Below are positions 39,401-53,659 of a stretch of 64,000 bases of DNA, piece by piece. The notes beneath the pieces are model-generated. The model made no database searches, was not told the origin of the DNA, and was given only the letters and a program-made list of their open reading frames with translations. Position 1 is the stretch's first letter; the number at the start of each line of letters is the position of its first letter. The translations under genes were made by a program, and so were the position numbers. The DNA comes from Octopus vulgaris (taxonomy: Eukaryota). The stretch lies in assembly GCA_951406725.2 (NCBI GenBank), contig OX597830.1, forward strand, positions 33,356,001 through 33,420,000, in the 5' to 3' direction.

Positions 39401-40207
39401 CTTTTACTTGTTTCAGTCATTTGACTGCGACCATGCTGAAGCACCGCCTTTAGTCGAGCAAATCGACCCCGGGACTTATTCTTTGTAAGCCCAGTACTTA
39501 CTCTATCGGTCTCTTTTGCCGAACCGCTAAGTGACGGGGACGTAAACACACCAGCATCGGTTGTCAAGCAATGCTAGGGGGACAAACACAAACATACAAA
39601 CACACATATATATATACATATATACGACAGGCTTCTTTCAGTTTCCGTCTACCAAATCCACTCACAAGGCATTGGTCGGCCCAAGGCTATAGCAGAAGAC
39701 ACTTGCCCAAGATGCCACGCAGTGGGACTGAACCCAGAACCATGTGGTTGGTTAGCAAACTACTTACCACACAGCCACTCCTGCGCCTATATATATATAT
39801 ACATTTTTTTTTCTTTTACTTGTTTCAGTCATTTGACTGCGGCCATGCTGAAGCACTGACTTTAGTCGAGCAAATCGACCCCAGGACTTATTCTTTGTAA
39901 GCCCAGTACTTATTCTATCAGTCTCTTTTGCCGAACCGCTAAGTGAATGGGACGTAAACACACCAGCATCGGTTGTCAAGCAATGCTAGGGGGACAAACA
40001 CAAACATACACGCACAAACATATATACATATATATAGACATATACGACGGGCTTCTTTCAGTTTCCGCCTACCAAATCCACTCACAAGACTTTGGTCGGC
40101 CCGAGGCTATAGAAGAAGACACTTGCCAAAGGTGCCATGCAGTGGGACTGAACCCGGAACCATGTGGTTGGTAAACAAGCTACTTACCACACAGCCACTC
40201 CTGCGCC
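39401..40207 (-). mobile_element. Two tandem, highly similar full-length SINE A copies
   Basis: 39401-39787 and 39812-40207. Confidence 0.92.
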
Positions 40208-40239
40208 TATATATATACATGAATGTATGTATATCTGTA

Positions 40240-40520
40240 GAAAAAGCATAGGTAGAAACCCATAAGATGTACCTAGTTCAAACTATGGACACATAAGAGG
40301 TGCAGCAATATCAGAGGAGGGTTAACAGGGAAGATATCTTTTGTGTGTACAAGGTGCACAGATAAAGTAAACACCAAAAATGTACAGAAAACTGATTCCA
40401 TCACATACCAGGGAAAAAAAATTAGTGGTTGACAGCTTCCATTACCTAGGTGACAAGTTTTCAGTCAGACCATCTGACCTATGCCAGTATGGGAAGCGGA
40501 CATTAAATGATGATGATGAT
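40240..40520 (+). mobile_element. Internally deleted RTE LINE fragment ending in the family E tail
   Basis: Translates WTHKRCSNIRGGLTGKISFVCTRC...(frameshift)LVVDSFHYLGD, then GACCATCTGACCTATGCCAGTATGGGAAGCGGACATTAAATGATGAT. Confidence 0.7.
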
Positions 40521-40522
40521 GG

Positions 40523-40553
<31 letters not shown>

Positions 40554-40620
40554 CTAAGTAATTAGGGTTCAGCAACGATTTGCCTCACCATACACCGAAT
40601 TTAGAAATAGCAGTCAAAAA

Positions 40621-40666
40621 GTCTCGGCTATTCCTTCTACTTTAAAGTAGAAGGAATAGCCAAGAC
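40621..40666. repeat. 46-bp loopless palindrome (1 mismatch)
   Basis: gtctcggctattccttctacttt|aaagtagaaggaatagccaagac. Confidence 0.92.
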
Positions 40667-40669
40667 TAT

Positions 40670-40857
40670 GTTTGTATGTCTGTGTTTGTCCCCCTAGCAT
40701 TGCTTGACAACCGATGCTGGTGTGTTTACGTCCCCGTCACTTAGCGGTTCGGCAAAAGAGACCGATAGAATAAGTACTGGGCTTACAAAGAATAAGTCCC
40801 GGGGTCGATTTGCTCGGGCAGCATGGCCGCAGTCAAATGACTGAAACAAGTAAAAGA

Positions 40858-40860
<3 letters not shown>
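40670..40860 (+). mobile_element. SINE A 3' half
   Basis: TTTGTCCCCC...GACTGAAACAAGTAAAAGAG. Confidence 0.88.
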
Positions 40861-40908
<48 letters not shown>

Positions 40909-41457
40909 TACACATAAGGAGTACCCAAGATACACTTTCAGCTTCAAAGTTATTGTTACCGAAGCAACATGATACATACCAACCTGTCTGGAGCTATGTA
41001 TCGCTGAACTTGGGATCTCAGGGAGAGAATGCAAGTCCTTAATTTATATGCTACAGTCGATTGTGATATATCATGGAATATAAAATTCTGCAAGACCTTC
41101 TTAAGATTTAAAGACTGACAAATAAAACAAGATGTATTCTTTCACAAACTTGCTACCATGTAGGAAGTCAATCAAAATTTCTGTCAATTAAAAAGAGATA
41201 GAAAACAACATACACACACATACATTATATATATACATATATATACACACATATACACACATACAGATATATACACAGATATCTGTTATTCTTTAACAAG
41301 AATGTTGTTGATAGGGACTGCAATGTTTCAGCTCATTAAACCATCGTCCAATGATAGTTTAATTGGCCAAAACTTCGAAGTCACTGTGAAAAACTTTCTT
41401 GTTTAAGGATAATAAATTTATACTTATAATAAATAAGTATAGAATAACCCATCAGAT

Positions 41458-41488
<31 letters not shown>

Positions 41489-41572
41489 TGCATAAAGGAT
41501 TGTGAGTAAGGCCAGAACAATGTGAAGTAAATGCAAGGCAAATCCCAAGAAAACAAATACATAAATACATCT

Positions 41573-41729
41573 AGGAGCAGGAGTAGCTGTGTGGTAAGTA
41601 GCTTGCTTACCAATCACATGGTTCCGGGTTCATTCCCACAGTGTGACACCTTGGGCAAGTGTCTTCTGCTATAGACTCGGGCTGACCAAAGCCTTTTGAG
41701 TGGATTTGGTAGACGGAAAAAAGCCCAGC

Positions 41730-41776
<47 letters not shown>

Positions 41777-41826
41777 TGCATGAGAGAGTTGATGCAGCTT
41801 CCATGCACCTCCTGCCGTGAAGTTGG

Positions 41827-41901
<75 letters not shown>

Positions 41902-42368
41902 ATATAAATATATATATATTATTGTATATGTGTATACATATATATATGCATATGTGAGCATAGGATGTCACAAAACGTAAACAACAAAAAATATCAAGGA
42001 CATGGAAAATGAATTTTTTTTTGTGAACAAGGAAACAATTGGATGACATGACAAACAACACAAAGAACGACCCTTCATCAGTTGTTGACTGTTTTCTTAA
42101 TCCGTATTTAAAGCATATTTGTATATATACATATATGTTTGTATATATTTGTGTGTGTGTGTGTGTCTGTGTGTTTGTCCCTCCACCATTGCTTGACAAC
42201 TGGTGTTGGTGTTTTTATGTCCCTGTAACTTAACAGTTCAGCAAAAGAAACTGATAGAATAAATACCAAGCTTACAAATAATAAGTTCTGGGGTTGATTT
42301 GTTTGACTAAAGGCAGTGCTCTAGCTTGGCCACAGTCAAATGACTGAAACAAGTAAAAGAATAAAAGA
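41573..42368 (+). mobile_element. SINE A with expanded, invaded central microsatellite
   Basis: Head 41573-41735 and tail 42150-42368; the middle contains a relative of the 4710-5640 family. Confidence 0.8.
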
Positions 42369-43979
42369 ATGTGTGTGTGTGTGTGTGTGTGTACTGATGT
42401 ATGTATGTATGTATGTGTTGATATATATATTATACATGATGTTATGATAGCTGTAATGGTAGTGATATCATTGCGGGACATGATGATGATGATGAGGATG
42501 ATAATGATGATGATAATGATAATGATGATGATGATGATAATGATAATGATCATGATGATCATGATGATGATACTATTACTTGTTTTGGCCACTCAACAGT
42601 TTGAGTAGATCTATGTTGCCATGCAAGTATAGAACAAAAAGCAATGTCCATCATGAAGAGCAACAAAAATCAAAAAGATTGGCAAAGGTGAAAGGTATCA
42701 CAACCGAAGAACTTTGTTGTCAGGTAACACTAATGGAAGGCTCAGAATTGAGCTCAGCAAGGTAACAATATACTCAATGATCATATGGGGCACCTGTCAC
42801 TTATGATAATGAGTTTTGTGACCTCGTGTAAAGTACTTGCATGTGGGAAGAGCGGAACATGAAGCATGGTTTTTAATTGGTTGTTGTTGTTGTTTAATTC
42901 GAAGTAATTTCTGATCAAGCAGATATTTGATCAAAAGCATTCCAGCCATGACCTCTCTGTATTTAAAAAATTTTTTTTTTGTATACCTGGGAGACTAAAC
43001 ACATCAGTTAACATCATGTACTTCCTTTATTTATGAAATCAGGCTGTGGTTTTGAGACAGAGAGTGAGAGGGATTTAGTTATTATTTCTTGCTGGTCAAG
43101 CCATCTCAGAAAGGCTTCCCCCCCATTGACTCATGACATGGTAACAGATACATGTACGATCACTGGTTAAGGTGACACGATACGAAAGCATAGACCCCCT
43201 CGAGTTAGTAGAACCGACGACCACTCCCACTTTTCACCCTTACCCCATGCTATCTGTCCTTTATACATTCTGTAAGTAGCTGCCATCCTGCAGTGAAAAG
43301 ATGATGCATTAAAATAATATAACCGGACAATGAAGTTAATGAGGTAAGTGAGATATGATGGAATTATTTCGGTAAGGAACAATGAACTATGCATACAGAA
43401 TACGAATATGTCTGCCAAATTTTGGTTTCTCACTTGCTTGTTTGTTTGTTTGTTTTTTTTTTCCTTCTTTTTGTCCAAAGTAACATTGTTGTCATAGCAA
43501 CCTTGACCAGTGTCTACTTGGATGCTCTGTTTCTGACACAACACTATCTATAAATGCCGTGTGAGCTGCTCCATGGAAAGATTTATTATAAATTTATGAT
43601 TTTTTTTTCTTTCCCCCTTTTCTTTTTGCTTTCGTTTTGGTGAGTGGAATGGTGGTTATATATCTTTAATACCAATTTGCTGCAGGTTCAGTGCTTGCTG
43701 CATGTCACTGCAATGCATAAATTTAAGGAATATATATATATACATAAATAATATAAGTGACAACCCACTTTAAGACAAGTGTCAGATCCTTGTTTACTAC
43801 AGTTTTCTTTCTCCATTCCTTTGAACACATTATCGACTTGTTCTCCTCGTATATCTGCCTTAAAACACCTTACAGTTTTTACATCCTTCAGGTCTTGTGT
43901 ACAGAGAAATAGAAACAGAAATAAAACATCTCCTCCTGTTATTTTTACTCTTTCTCTCTTGATCACTCACTTGCTTTCT

Positions 43980-44004
43980 GTCTGTCTATCTATCTATCTA
44001 TTTA

Positions 44005-44036
<32 letters not shown>

Positions 44037-44049
44037 TCTATCTCTCTAT

Positions 44050-44101
<52 letters not shown>

Positions 44102-44149
44102 TTATCTAACTACCTATCGTTTTGTCTTTCCCTTTCTTTCCCTTCCTGC

Positions 44150-44213
<64 letters not shown>

Positions 44214-44285
44214 GTCTATCTGTCTATCCATCCATCCATCCATCCATCCATCCATCCATCCATCCATCCATCCATCCATCCATCC

Positions 44286-44343
<58 letters not shown>
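43980..44343. repeat. (CTAT)n/(CCAT)n microsatellite
   Basis: Direct inspection. Confidence 0.97.
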
Positions 44344-44699
44344 GTTTCTGAACATCTATCTGTCGTACAACATTCGTATGAAAGTAATATCTGCTCTACA
44401 CAATTTATATGCATGTTACATCATGGAACTCAGCCCAGTGGTTAAGTGGTCAGTGCAATTTAGCATGGATACCAGTTCGATAAAAAAAATAAAATAAAAT
44501 CTTTGCTATTCAACTTATAAAGGCTTCCAAAGGTAATTGACTTTTGGCAATTACAGCTTTGTTTTGGATAAATACTTTAAAGTTGGACAACATTATTGGA
44601 CTTTAAATAAGTATATTATTAGCTGTATTATAATGATGATGGACTATTATTTCCTTACCTTCAGCACTCAACATCATACACATGGCATATAATTAGACA

Positions 44700-45480
44700 C
44701 TGATATGGCCGTGTGGTTAAGAAGCTTGCTTTCTAACCCTGGGACTTCAGGTTCCATCCTACTGTGCTGCACAATGGATAAGTGTCTTTTTCTATAACCC
44801 TGAGCTAACCCATGCTTTGTGAGTGATTTTGATGGACAGTACTTGTGTGAAAGCCCATTCCATATGTGCGTATGTGTGTGTGTATATGTGTGTATATGTG
44901 TGTATATGTGTGTATATGTGTGTGTGTGTATATGTGTGTATATGTGTGTGTGTGTATATGTGTGTATGTGTGTGTGTATATGTGTGTGTGTATATGCGTG
45001 TATGTGTGTGTATGTGTGTCTGTGTGTGTGTGTGTGCATGCACATGTACATGTGTGTAAATATGTGTTGTACATATATGTGTGTATGCCTTTGTGGTTTT
45101 TCGCACTCCCTTCTCACCAACGCTTACCAACTGGTGTTGGTTTGTTTACATCCCTGTCAGTTAGCGCCTTGGCAAAACAGATCAGTAGAAAAAGTACCAG
45201 ACAGAAAAGGAAATAAAAACTACTGGGGCCGATTTGTTTGATTGAACCCTTCAAAGCAGGGTTGCAGCATGGCTGCAGTTCAATGTCAAAAGCAAGTGAA
45301 AAAAAAATATAGGTCTAGGAGTGGCTGTGTGGTAAGAAGCTTACTACCAAACCACATGGTTCCAGGTTTAGTCCCACTGTGTGGCACCTTAGACAAGTGT
45401 CTTCTACTATAGCCTCAGGCTGACCAAAGCCTCGTGAGTGGACTTGGTAGACAAAAACTGAAAGAAGCCCATCGTATATA

Positions 45481-45532
<52 letters not shown>

Positions 45533-45722
45533 TGTGTGTCTGTGTTTGTCTCCCTCGCTGTCACTTGACAACCGATGCTGGTGTGGTTATATCCCTATAA
45601 TTTAGCAGTTCGGCAAACAACCCCTATAGAATAAGTACTAGACTTACAAAGAATAAGTCCTGAGGTTGATTAGTTCGACTAAAGGCAGTGCTCCACCATG
45701 GCTACAGTCAAATGCCTGAACA
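44700..45722 (+). mobile_element. Old SINE A (44700-45300) followed by a younger SINE A (45312-45722)
   Basis: Head, CORE-like and tail modules present in both. Confidence 0.85.
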
Positions 45723-45961
45723 TCAGCTGCTTCAAAATATGGAAGATCTAAGTGAAATTTATCATATACCAGATAATGACAAATTAACTACAGCAAGCTT
45801 AGACGACTTAATAATGTCATAAAAATATTTAACTAATGAGTAATGAGGACATCATCATCATTATCATCACCATTCAGTGTCCATTTTCCGTGCAGCTACA
45901 GGTTGGAGTGTTTGACAGTAGCTGATCAGCCGATGGGCTGTTCAGGCTCCCAGTTTATTTA

Positions 45962-46344
45962 TCTCTCTCTATATAAACTGCAGTTTGTCTGTCTGCATGT
46001 CTGTGTGTCTGTTAGGTTGTACCCTCACCCTGACCACGGCTTTCAACTGATTCTGATGAAACTTGACACACACATAGCCCAATGTCATAATTCAAAACTA
46101 ACGCAGCGAAAATTTTGAAAAGTTCCCCCAGTTCTGAAAAAAATCGATAAATTCGACATGGGGTCGAGAATCAGAAACACAAACCACAGACTGTCTAGGG
46201 GACGCAACTCGACCTTTTTAACTCTCAAAAAAATTTACCATAATTTTTTTCCAGTTTTTTTGCTATTTTTTGGCTATAACTTTCTAAAAATGCTTTATAG
46301 TTATTTCCCTTACAAACCCGAGCAACACCAGGTGATACTGCTAG
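45962..46344 (+). mobile_element. Non-autonomous Helitron-like element
   Basis: A|TC 5' end, (GTCT)n, decayed 3' hairpin cccgagcaacaccagg, then CTAG|T. Confidence 0.75.
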
Positions 46345-47324
46345 TTTCTAATATAAAGAGTCTTCACCTGGCTAAAAACAAATGCAAAAACATGATTTCA
46401 GTAAATATGATGCAGGTAATGCAACAGAGGATTAATTCCTTGAGAAGCCATGTCACGCTATACAGCTGTTATTGATGCAGTCACCCAACATCATACCTGA
46501 AATGTTTGTGAGTATTGGTATAGATACAAGATTTCATTGAACATCTGGTAAGATTCCTGCAAAAGATCATGTCCATTAATTATGATTGTGATAATATCAA
46601 TTTGATTATACTATCTTGAACTAATTATTATAAAAACAACGAGATTCTTGTATCTCTCCTGATTGTGGGTGTTTGACAAAAATGAAAGATAAAATCAGTA
46701 ACGTGCGGAAAAAAAAACTGGACACTGCAAAAGAGTTAATTGATGTAGCCACTGCTTCACAACTTTGGTCATTCTTCTGCCCACACCAGTGCGAAGAGAA
46801 ATTCCAATAAGTTACATGGAAAAGCACACTCAATGTCAATGAATTTATTACATTTCAGGCTTAGGTCGGTGATAAACTAAATTTAATGAATAAGTTGTAT
46901 TGTTCATTATTGATTCTGAATGAGTGCATCATTTAATTGTTGAAATGATGTCCAAATAAAATCAAGGGATTAAACTCTGAAACAATTATCCAGCCATGTA
47001 AAGCCAGGATATTTACCTTAGTCTCACATGTGCCTCTGGCTTAACTTAGAGGTCGTTTAGGCCATGTTTGAAATTGGTTCATATCATCGTATTTGTAGGA
47101 TATTTATTATTACGCCTGGTGACTGTTTACTGGGTCATGAGATAGATTCTTCATTTAGCTTGATTAAAATAATCTTTGTTAGTACTCCCTCAACAGTAAA
47201 ATATGATTTAATTATTAAACAATTTCTTGAAATATTCAATGGTATTGATAAGTTAAAAGCCTTTGTGTTAAAATTATCAATCAATTATGATATAAAATCA
47301 GTAAAGAGAATATCATCATCATCC

Positions 47325-47339
<15 letters not shown>

Positions 47340-47368
<29 letters not shown>

Positions 47369-47905
47369 GTTTAACGTCTGTTGTCCATGCTGGTATGGGT
47401 TAGACGGTTTGACTGGGCTGGCAAGTTACTATGGTACGACAATATCAAGAAGCTGCCAATTTTCTCAGTGATGTACTATGTTAACAAGCTCTCAATTTCT
47501 TCTACTTATTACCTTGATGATATTCTCCTCACATGTGCCGGTGATACGTAAAAATCACCCACTACACTCTCGGAGTGGTTGGCATTAGGAAGGACATCCA
47601 GCCATAGAAACCTTGCCAAATCAGACTAGAAACTGGTACAGCTCCCCAGCTTACCAGTTTTCAGTCAAACTGTCTAACCCATGCCAACATGGAAAGCAGA
47701 TGTTAAATGATGATGCTGATGTTCTCTTGCAGATTTTGTATTATAGGTGATAGATGGTGTTAGGAAGGGCATCCAGCTGTAGAAACACTGCCAGATCTGA
47801 CTGGCCTGGTGCAGCCTTCGGGCTTCCCAGACCCCAGTTGAACCGTCCAACCCATGCTAGCATGGAAAGCGGACGTTAAACGATGATGATAATGATGATG
47901 ATGAC
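47340..47905. mobile_element. Three family E copies
   Basis: 47340-47425 (-), 47535-47720 (+), 47750-47905 (+). Confidence 0.85.
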
Positions 47906-48989
47906 ATAATTTTATCTTACTGTTAGCATACCAAGTCACTTAGAGAATTTTTCATTTACCCCCACCCCTAATTAGCTATGTTTTCACTTTGTCACAGAGA
48001 GATATATGAATTTCTTGTGTTTTGGTTTAATCCTTCAGCGTTTCAACCAGCCATATCCAGCCAAAATAATTCATGTTTTATCTTCAAACCAGCCAGATTC
48101 GGTCTGTCACACTTCCCTAACAATGTCATTCCAAAAATAAACAATCTCATCATTGAAATCTCAAAACTACAAGGTAAGGTACGTCTAATTCATATCAATG
48201 TGAATAAATAAGAATTATATTTGACTGAGTAATTTAAACATTAATGGGTTAATCTGCACTTCACTATCTTAAAAATATAAGACATATTATATAAAATGTA
48301 CACCAAGATACATAATGCCTGAAAGACATACTTAGAATGTATTTCATCATAGATCTTTACAATCAGAGCTGAACTGGGGCTACGCAGCATCAACAACAGG
48401 AACAACAACATCAACAACGATAAAGTCATCATATTATATTTCATATCATTCCAACCAAAATGAGATTTTGCCAAATTTGGCAAAGCGGTATCTGTGTTTC
48501 ATTGAATATTTTTGCTTTAAAGTCATTTAGGAATCATTATCAACATAATTAATTTTTATCTTTCTCACTAACAGGAAGTCATTAGGATTTCAAAAAAATA
48601 GCTGCAGATAATCAAATAGATTTCAACCATTATAATAAGGCTCAGACCATATCAACTTATGAAAATGTTGCTTATATCAGGTCTGTTCAGTAACGTGTCC
48701 AATTTTAAAGAGGTCTTTGTTATTCAGTCATAATGTGATAGAATTAAAAAAACAAAACAGTCAAATGTTTTACATTATATATTTACCTGGCCCTTTTTTC
48801 TGTTTTTATTTTTATATATTGAAACCGAATTCATTCAATATTTTCCGTTCCATCATCATATATACATTGGTTTCAGTATCATTGTTACCTTCAATATCCG
48901 CCTTTCCCAGCTCAACAATATTATCGTCATCACCATGGCTGTCATCATATTCATCAATGCTGCTGTCATTTTGCTGTCAATGTCTTTAT

Positions 48990-49177
48990 TGTAATCGTTG
49001 TCATCCTTCTCCTCCTCCTCATCATCATCATCCTCATCATCATCATCCTCATCATCATCACCACCACTACCACCACCACCTTCTTCTTCTTCTTCTTCTT
49101 CATAATCTTCATTTCATCGCCATCATCACCATCATCCTCATAGTCATTATTCACATCATCATCATCAACTCCCCCCC

Positions 49178-49224
<47 letters not shown>

Positions 49225-49402
49225 GCATCATCATTTTCTTCATCATAATCTTCATTTCATAGTCATTATTCACATCTTCATGTTCATCACCACCACCATT
49301 TGCTTCATCGCCTTTATCATCTTTATTATATTCCTCTGCATCATTATCGTGACAACCTTTATTGCCACCAGTCTCCTTTAATATTATTGCCATGACCATT
49401 GC

Positions 49403-49443
<41 letters not shown>

Positions 49444-49500
49444 CCATCATCACCATCATCATAATCATCATCATCCTTGTCATTATTTACCATCATCATT
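48990..49500. repeat. Degenerate (CAT)n/(CAC)n tract with internal duplication
   Basis: cataatcttcatttcat and catagtcattattcacatc each occur twice. Confidence 0.9.
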
Positions 49501-49789
49501 GTCTTTGATATCATAATTATTTTTAATTCACGAGGGTTGATTGTGTCTACAACACAGTATCTCACCACTCATCCTTATCTCAAGTCATTGGTCAGATAAG
49601 CTGTATGAGCTCAAGACTCATACATTTAAAAACTGGAGAGATTAAGAGATTAAGGAAAATAGCATGGTTAATAAATGATGGACTTACCATTATAGGAGAT
49701 TGTAAATTCAGCTTAGCTTCTCAGCATTAATGGCTTACAAAGCATCACTAAGAAAGCAGGTTAAGCATCACATAGTGATGCTTAAAAAG

Positions 49790-50447
49790 GGTAAAGAACC
49801 CCTTTGGTCATGAACAATCATGGGATTGCACCTAGAAAGTTCCCTTCCAAGGCACGAGTCTGAGAAAGGTTGTTTAAGGAAGACCAGCAATGGCCAATGC
49901 ATACCAGCCTCTCCTGTCTATACCACCGATATTATCTAAGGGAAAGGCGAAGTGTCTTCTTATTTCTTTATTGCCCACAAGGGGCTAAACACAAAGGGGA
50001 CAAACAAAGAAAAAGGGATTAAGTCGATTACATTGACCCCAGTACATAACTGGTACTTAATTTATTGACCCCGAAAGTATGAAAGGCAAAGTCGACCTTG
50101 GCGGAATTTGAACTCAGAACTTAATAGCAGATGAAATACCTATTTCTTTACTACCCACAAGAGGCTAAACACAGAGAGGACAAACAAGGACAGACAAATG
50201 GATTAAGTCGATTATATCGATGCCAGTGCGTAACTGGTACTTATTTAATCAACCCCGAAAGAGTGAAAAGAAACGTCGACCTCGGCGGAATTTGAACTCA
50301 GAACTTAACGGCAGATGAAATACCTCTAAGCATTTTGCCCGGTATCCTAACATTTCTGCCAGCTCGCTGCCTTGTCTTCTACTATAGCCTTAGGCTGACC
50401 AAAGCCTTGTGAATGGATTTGGTAGACAGAAACTGAAAGAAGCCCGT

Positions 50448-50484
<37 letters not shown>

Positions 50485-50697
50485 ATATTGTATAGAGGGC
50501 ATTATTACACATAAATGCCTCACACTAGGAGGGACAAAGTCATTACTACCAAAAATTATACTAATCATACCCAAATGCAGTTTTTCAAAGCAAGACATTT
50601 AAAAAATGAATTTAGTTCTGTATCACCGTGATTTCACATTAGCTACCCGATAATTTCTTGTTAAGATCCCTTATTAAGAGATTATCCTTAATTGTTA

Positions 50698-50741
<44 letters not shown>

Positions 50742-50945
50742 GTGTGTGTTTGTGTGTTTGTGTGTCGCTTGACAACTGATGCTGGTGTGTTGACATCCCC
50801 GTAACTTAGCGGTTCGGCTTGAGAGACCGATAGAATAAGTGCTGGGCTTACAAAGAATAAGTCCTGGGGTCGATTTCCTCGACTCAAGGTGGTGCTCCAG
50901 CATAGCCGCAGTCAAATGACTGCAACAAGTAAAAGAGTAAAAGAG
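49790..50945. mobile_element. Nested SINEs: D tail (-), two B copies (-), A fragments (+)
   Basis: B pair 49961-50372 flanked by TGTCTTCT; A body 50373-50450; A tail 50740-50945. Confidence 0.8.
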
Positions 50946-51092
50946 TTATATAGACTCTCAAGGGCCATATGGACCCTGGTTGGACTGTTGTTTTAAACAA
51001 AGATGAGATGATGAAACTTTGAACACCTTTGATTATATGGCCTGCTGTTAAATAATCTGAAAAACATACTGACTGGACAAAGAATGTCCCAC

Positions 51093-51274
51093 CTGCACAA
51101 CAAAAGTGCAGAATAGCAGTGTGTGATGCACAGGGGTTGTCAATAATACGAAATCCTTGTCAGTCCAGAGCACTAAGTTTGTTGTAAGAGCCCCCTCAAC
51201 GTTTAACAAACTACCTCCCGTGCCACAGAGCTGTTCGATCACAACCAAACTTGTGCAACACATCAACATCACGA
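51093..51274 (-). CDS. Candidate exon (60 nt to 51215, or 182 nt to 51093)
   Basis: Strong U-rich tract then ttcgcag. Donor AG|GTAGTT gives RDVDVLHKFGCDRTALWHG(R/S); donor CAG|GTGGGA gives an open frame VMLMCCTS...FVVQ. Confidence 0.35.
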
Positions 51275-51734
51275 CTGCGAACGTATAAAACCCAGAGAAA
51301 GAAAACAAACCACAAAGAAAACTAAAAAAAAACAAAAACAAAACACCCTATAATTGATAGAACATTAACTAAACAGCTAAAACTTAAAAACAAAAAGTCA
51401 CTCTAGCAAAATAAAGGAAAGAAAAAAACGACTGTTAATAACAACAAGATTTGAAAATCGATAGATTAGATTATTTTAGTTTTCATAGTGGTGGGGGTTC
51501 AAATTAGCATTGTTATTGTTTGTTTGTTTTCAAAACTTAAAACTAAATATCTATTATCACTAAACATAGCATACGTGTGTGTGAGTGTGTGTGTATGTGT
51601 GTGTAGTATATATTAACTATTTATATATGGATATATGACGTTAGTTGTGTCTATGACAATATTTATGTGTGGGCATACACATTTCATATGTAAGCGTGCG
51701 AATATATTCAGATATGTATAAGAGGTGTAATGGG

Positions 51735-51977
51735 TGTTCATATATACATACATACATACACATACACATACATATACATATATATATATATACTTATATA
51801 TACATGCATATATATATATATATACATGCATATATATATATATATATATACATATATATAAACATATATATACATATATATACATATAGATATATATATA
51901 TATGCATATATATATATGTATATATGTGTGCATATGTATATATACATACATATATATATGTATATATATATATATAC

Positions 51978-52036
<59 letters not shown>

Positions 52037-52185
52037 GATACATATATACGTATTTATGTATCTATGTATGTACGTATGTAAGCAAGTACATATGTATATA
52101 ACACTCTATATATAAATATGTATACATAAATGTGTGTGAAAACGTGTCCGCATATATACAAACATATATATATATATATATATAC
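51735..52185. repeat. Compound (TA)n/(TACA)n tract
   Basis: Direct inspection. Confidence 0.95.
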
Positions 52186-52878
52186 ACACGCGGTTCTACA
52201 AACCCAAGCACAACACTTAGAGTTAAGCTTATTTATTACTGCGGGAGGTCGGTCAAACGAGATTGTTATTTATTCATTTATTTGTTTATTTATTTTGTTC
52301 AACTATTTTGTTATGTTATTCATGCTTCATCGAATACGACTTTCTGCTTGCTTCCTACCAGTATTTAATAGAATTAATAAGTTCAAACAGAGCACCAAAA
52401 TAATGACCTAAACTTCCAAATTATCTCTCTCCCATTCTTTCAATCCTGATTCTGTTGGGAATTAATATCTAATGAACAGTATTATTTCATTTTTATTTGT
52501 ATTGTTCTTCTATTCTTTCTGTATTGTTTTTATTCGTTTCTTTTTATTTTTATATATATTTTGCTGTGTTTGCTTTACTAATTTGTTTGTTTATCTATTT
52601 TTTTTTGTTGTTTTTCGTTTTGACTTTTTTTTTTTTTTATTTGGTCGGTTATTTGTATTATTAGTGTAAAAATAAGAAAAATTCTGAATTGAAATTGTCA
52701 AAATTACATAAGAGCAGTTTAAATGGTCGGAAACAACTTAATGACGTTTGGAAAGTATTTGGACTTTTAACCCTGATATTAACACTGACCTATCCAAAAA
52801 TTTACATATATGCATATATATATATATATATACATACACATAGATATATATACAGATATATATACATACATATGTATA

Positions 52879-52936
<58 letters not shown>

Positions 52937-52990
52937 CATATATAGATATAGATATAAGCACGTATATATACATATGCATGTATATATATT

Positions 52991-53047
<57 letters not shown>

Positions 53048-53334
53048 AAATGCATATATATATGAAATTCCATGGTTGTATTATTTTCGGTTGTTGTATG
53101 GGATGGTTGTGGTGGTGGTGGTGGCGACGGTGGTGGTGGCGGTGGTGGTGGTGGTAGTGATGGTGTTGGCATTAGTGGTAAAGTTGGCATTTGATGTCAC
53201 ATTATTACTCTCATTATTGCAATGTTGCAGAAACAAAGCAAACAAACAGAATCGGTGAAGCAGTGGACGAAATTATTTTTACTCGTTTAGCTTTTACTGC
53301 TCTACATACTAAGTTCAAACCCCAGTAACAGTAG

Positions 53335-53550
53335 TTTCAAACTTCTGGCACAAGGCCTGTAATTTCAAGGCAGGTGGCTCATCAATTACGCCAACCCTGG
53401 TACTCAACTTGTACTCATTTTATCGACTCGAAAAAGGATGAAAAGCAGAGTTGACCTTGGCAGGATTTGATCTCAGAACCTAAAGATGGATGAAATGCTG
53501 CTAAGCATTTTACTTGGCATGCTAATGATTCAGCTAGCTCACCACCTTAA
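53335..53550 (-). mobile_element. SINE family B
   Basis: GTACTCATTTTATCGAC...GGATGAAAAGCAGAGTTGACC. Confidence 0.8.
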
Positions 53551-53659
53551 GTCTGTGTAACATTGAATGTAATTTTTCTATGGGGCAGTAGATTGGATGA
53601 ATTCTTCCTTGAGGTTTAATAAAATATGTGCTAAGAAATGGATTATCCTCAAATAAGTA

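Noticed and set aside
46050-46065. CTGATGAAAC hammerhead-like word
   Set aside because: Part of the Helitron-like core (GATTCTGATGAAACTT) with no room for stem II.
48717-49483. His/Ile/Met-rich ORFs
   Set aside because: (CAT)n-derived low complexity.
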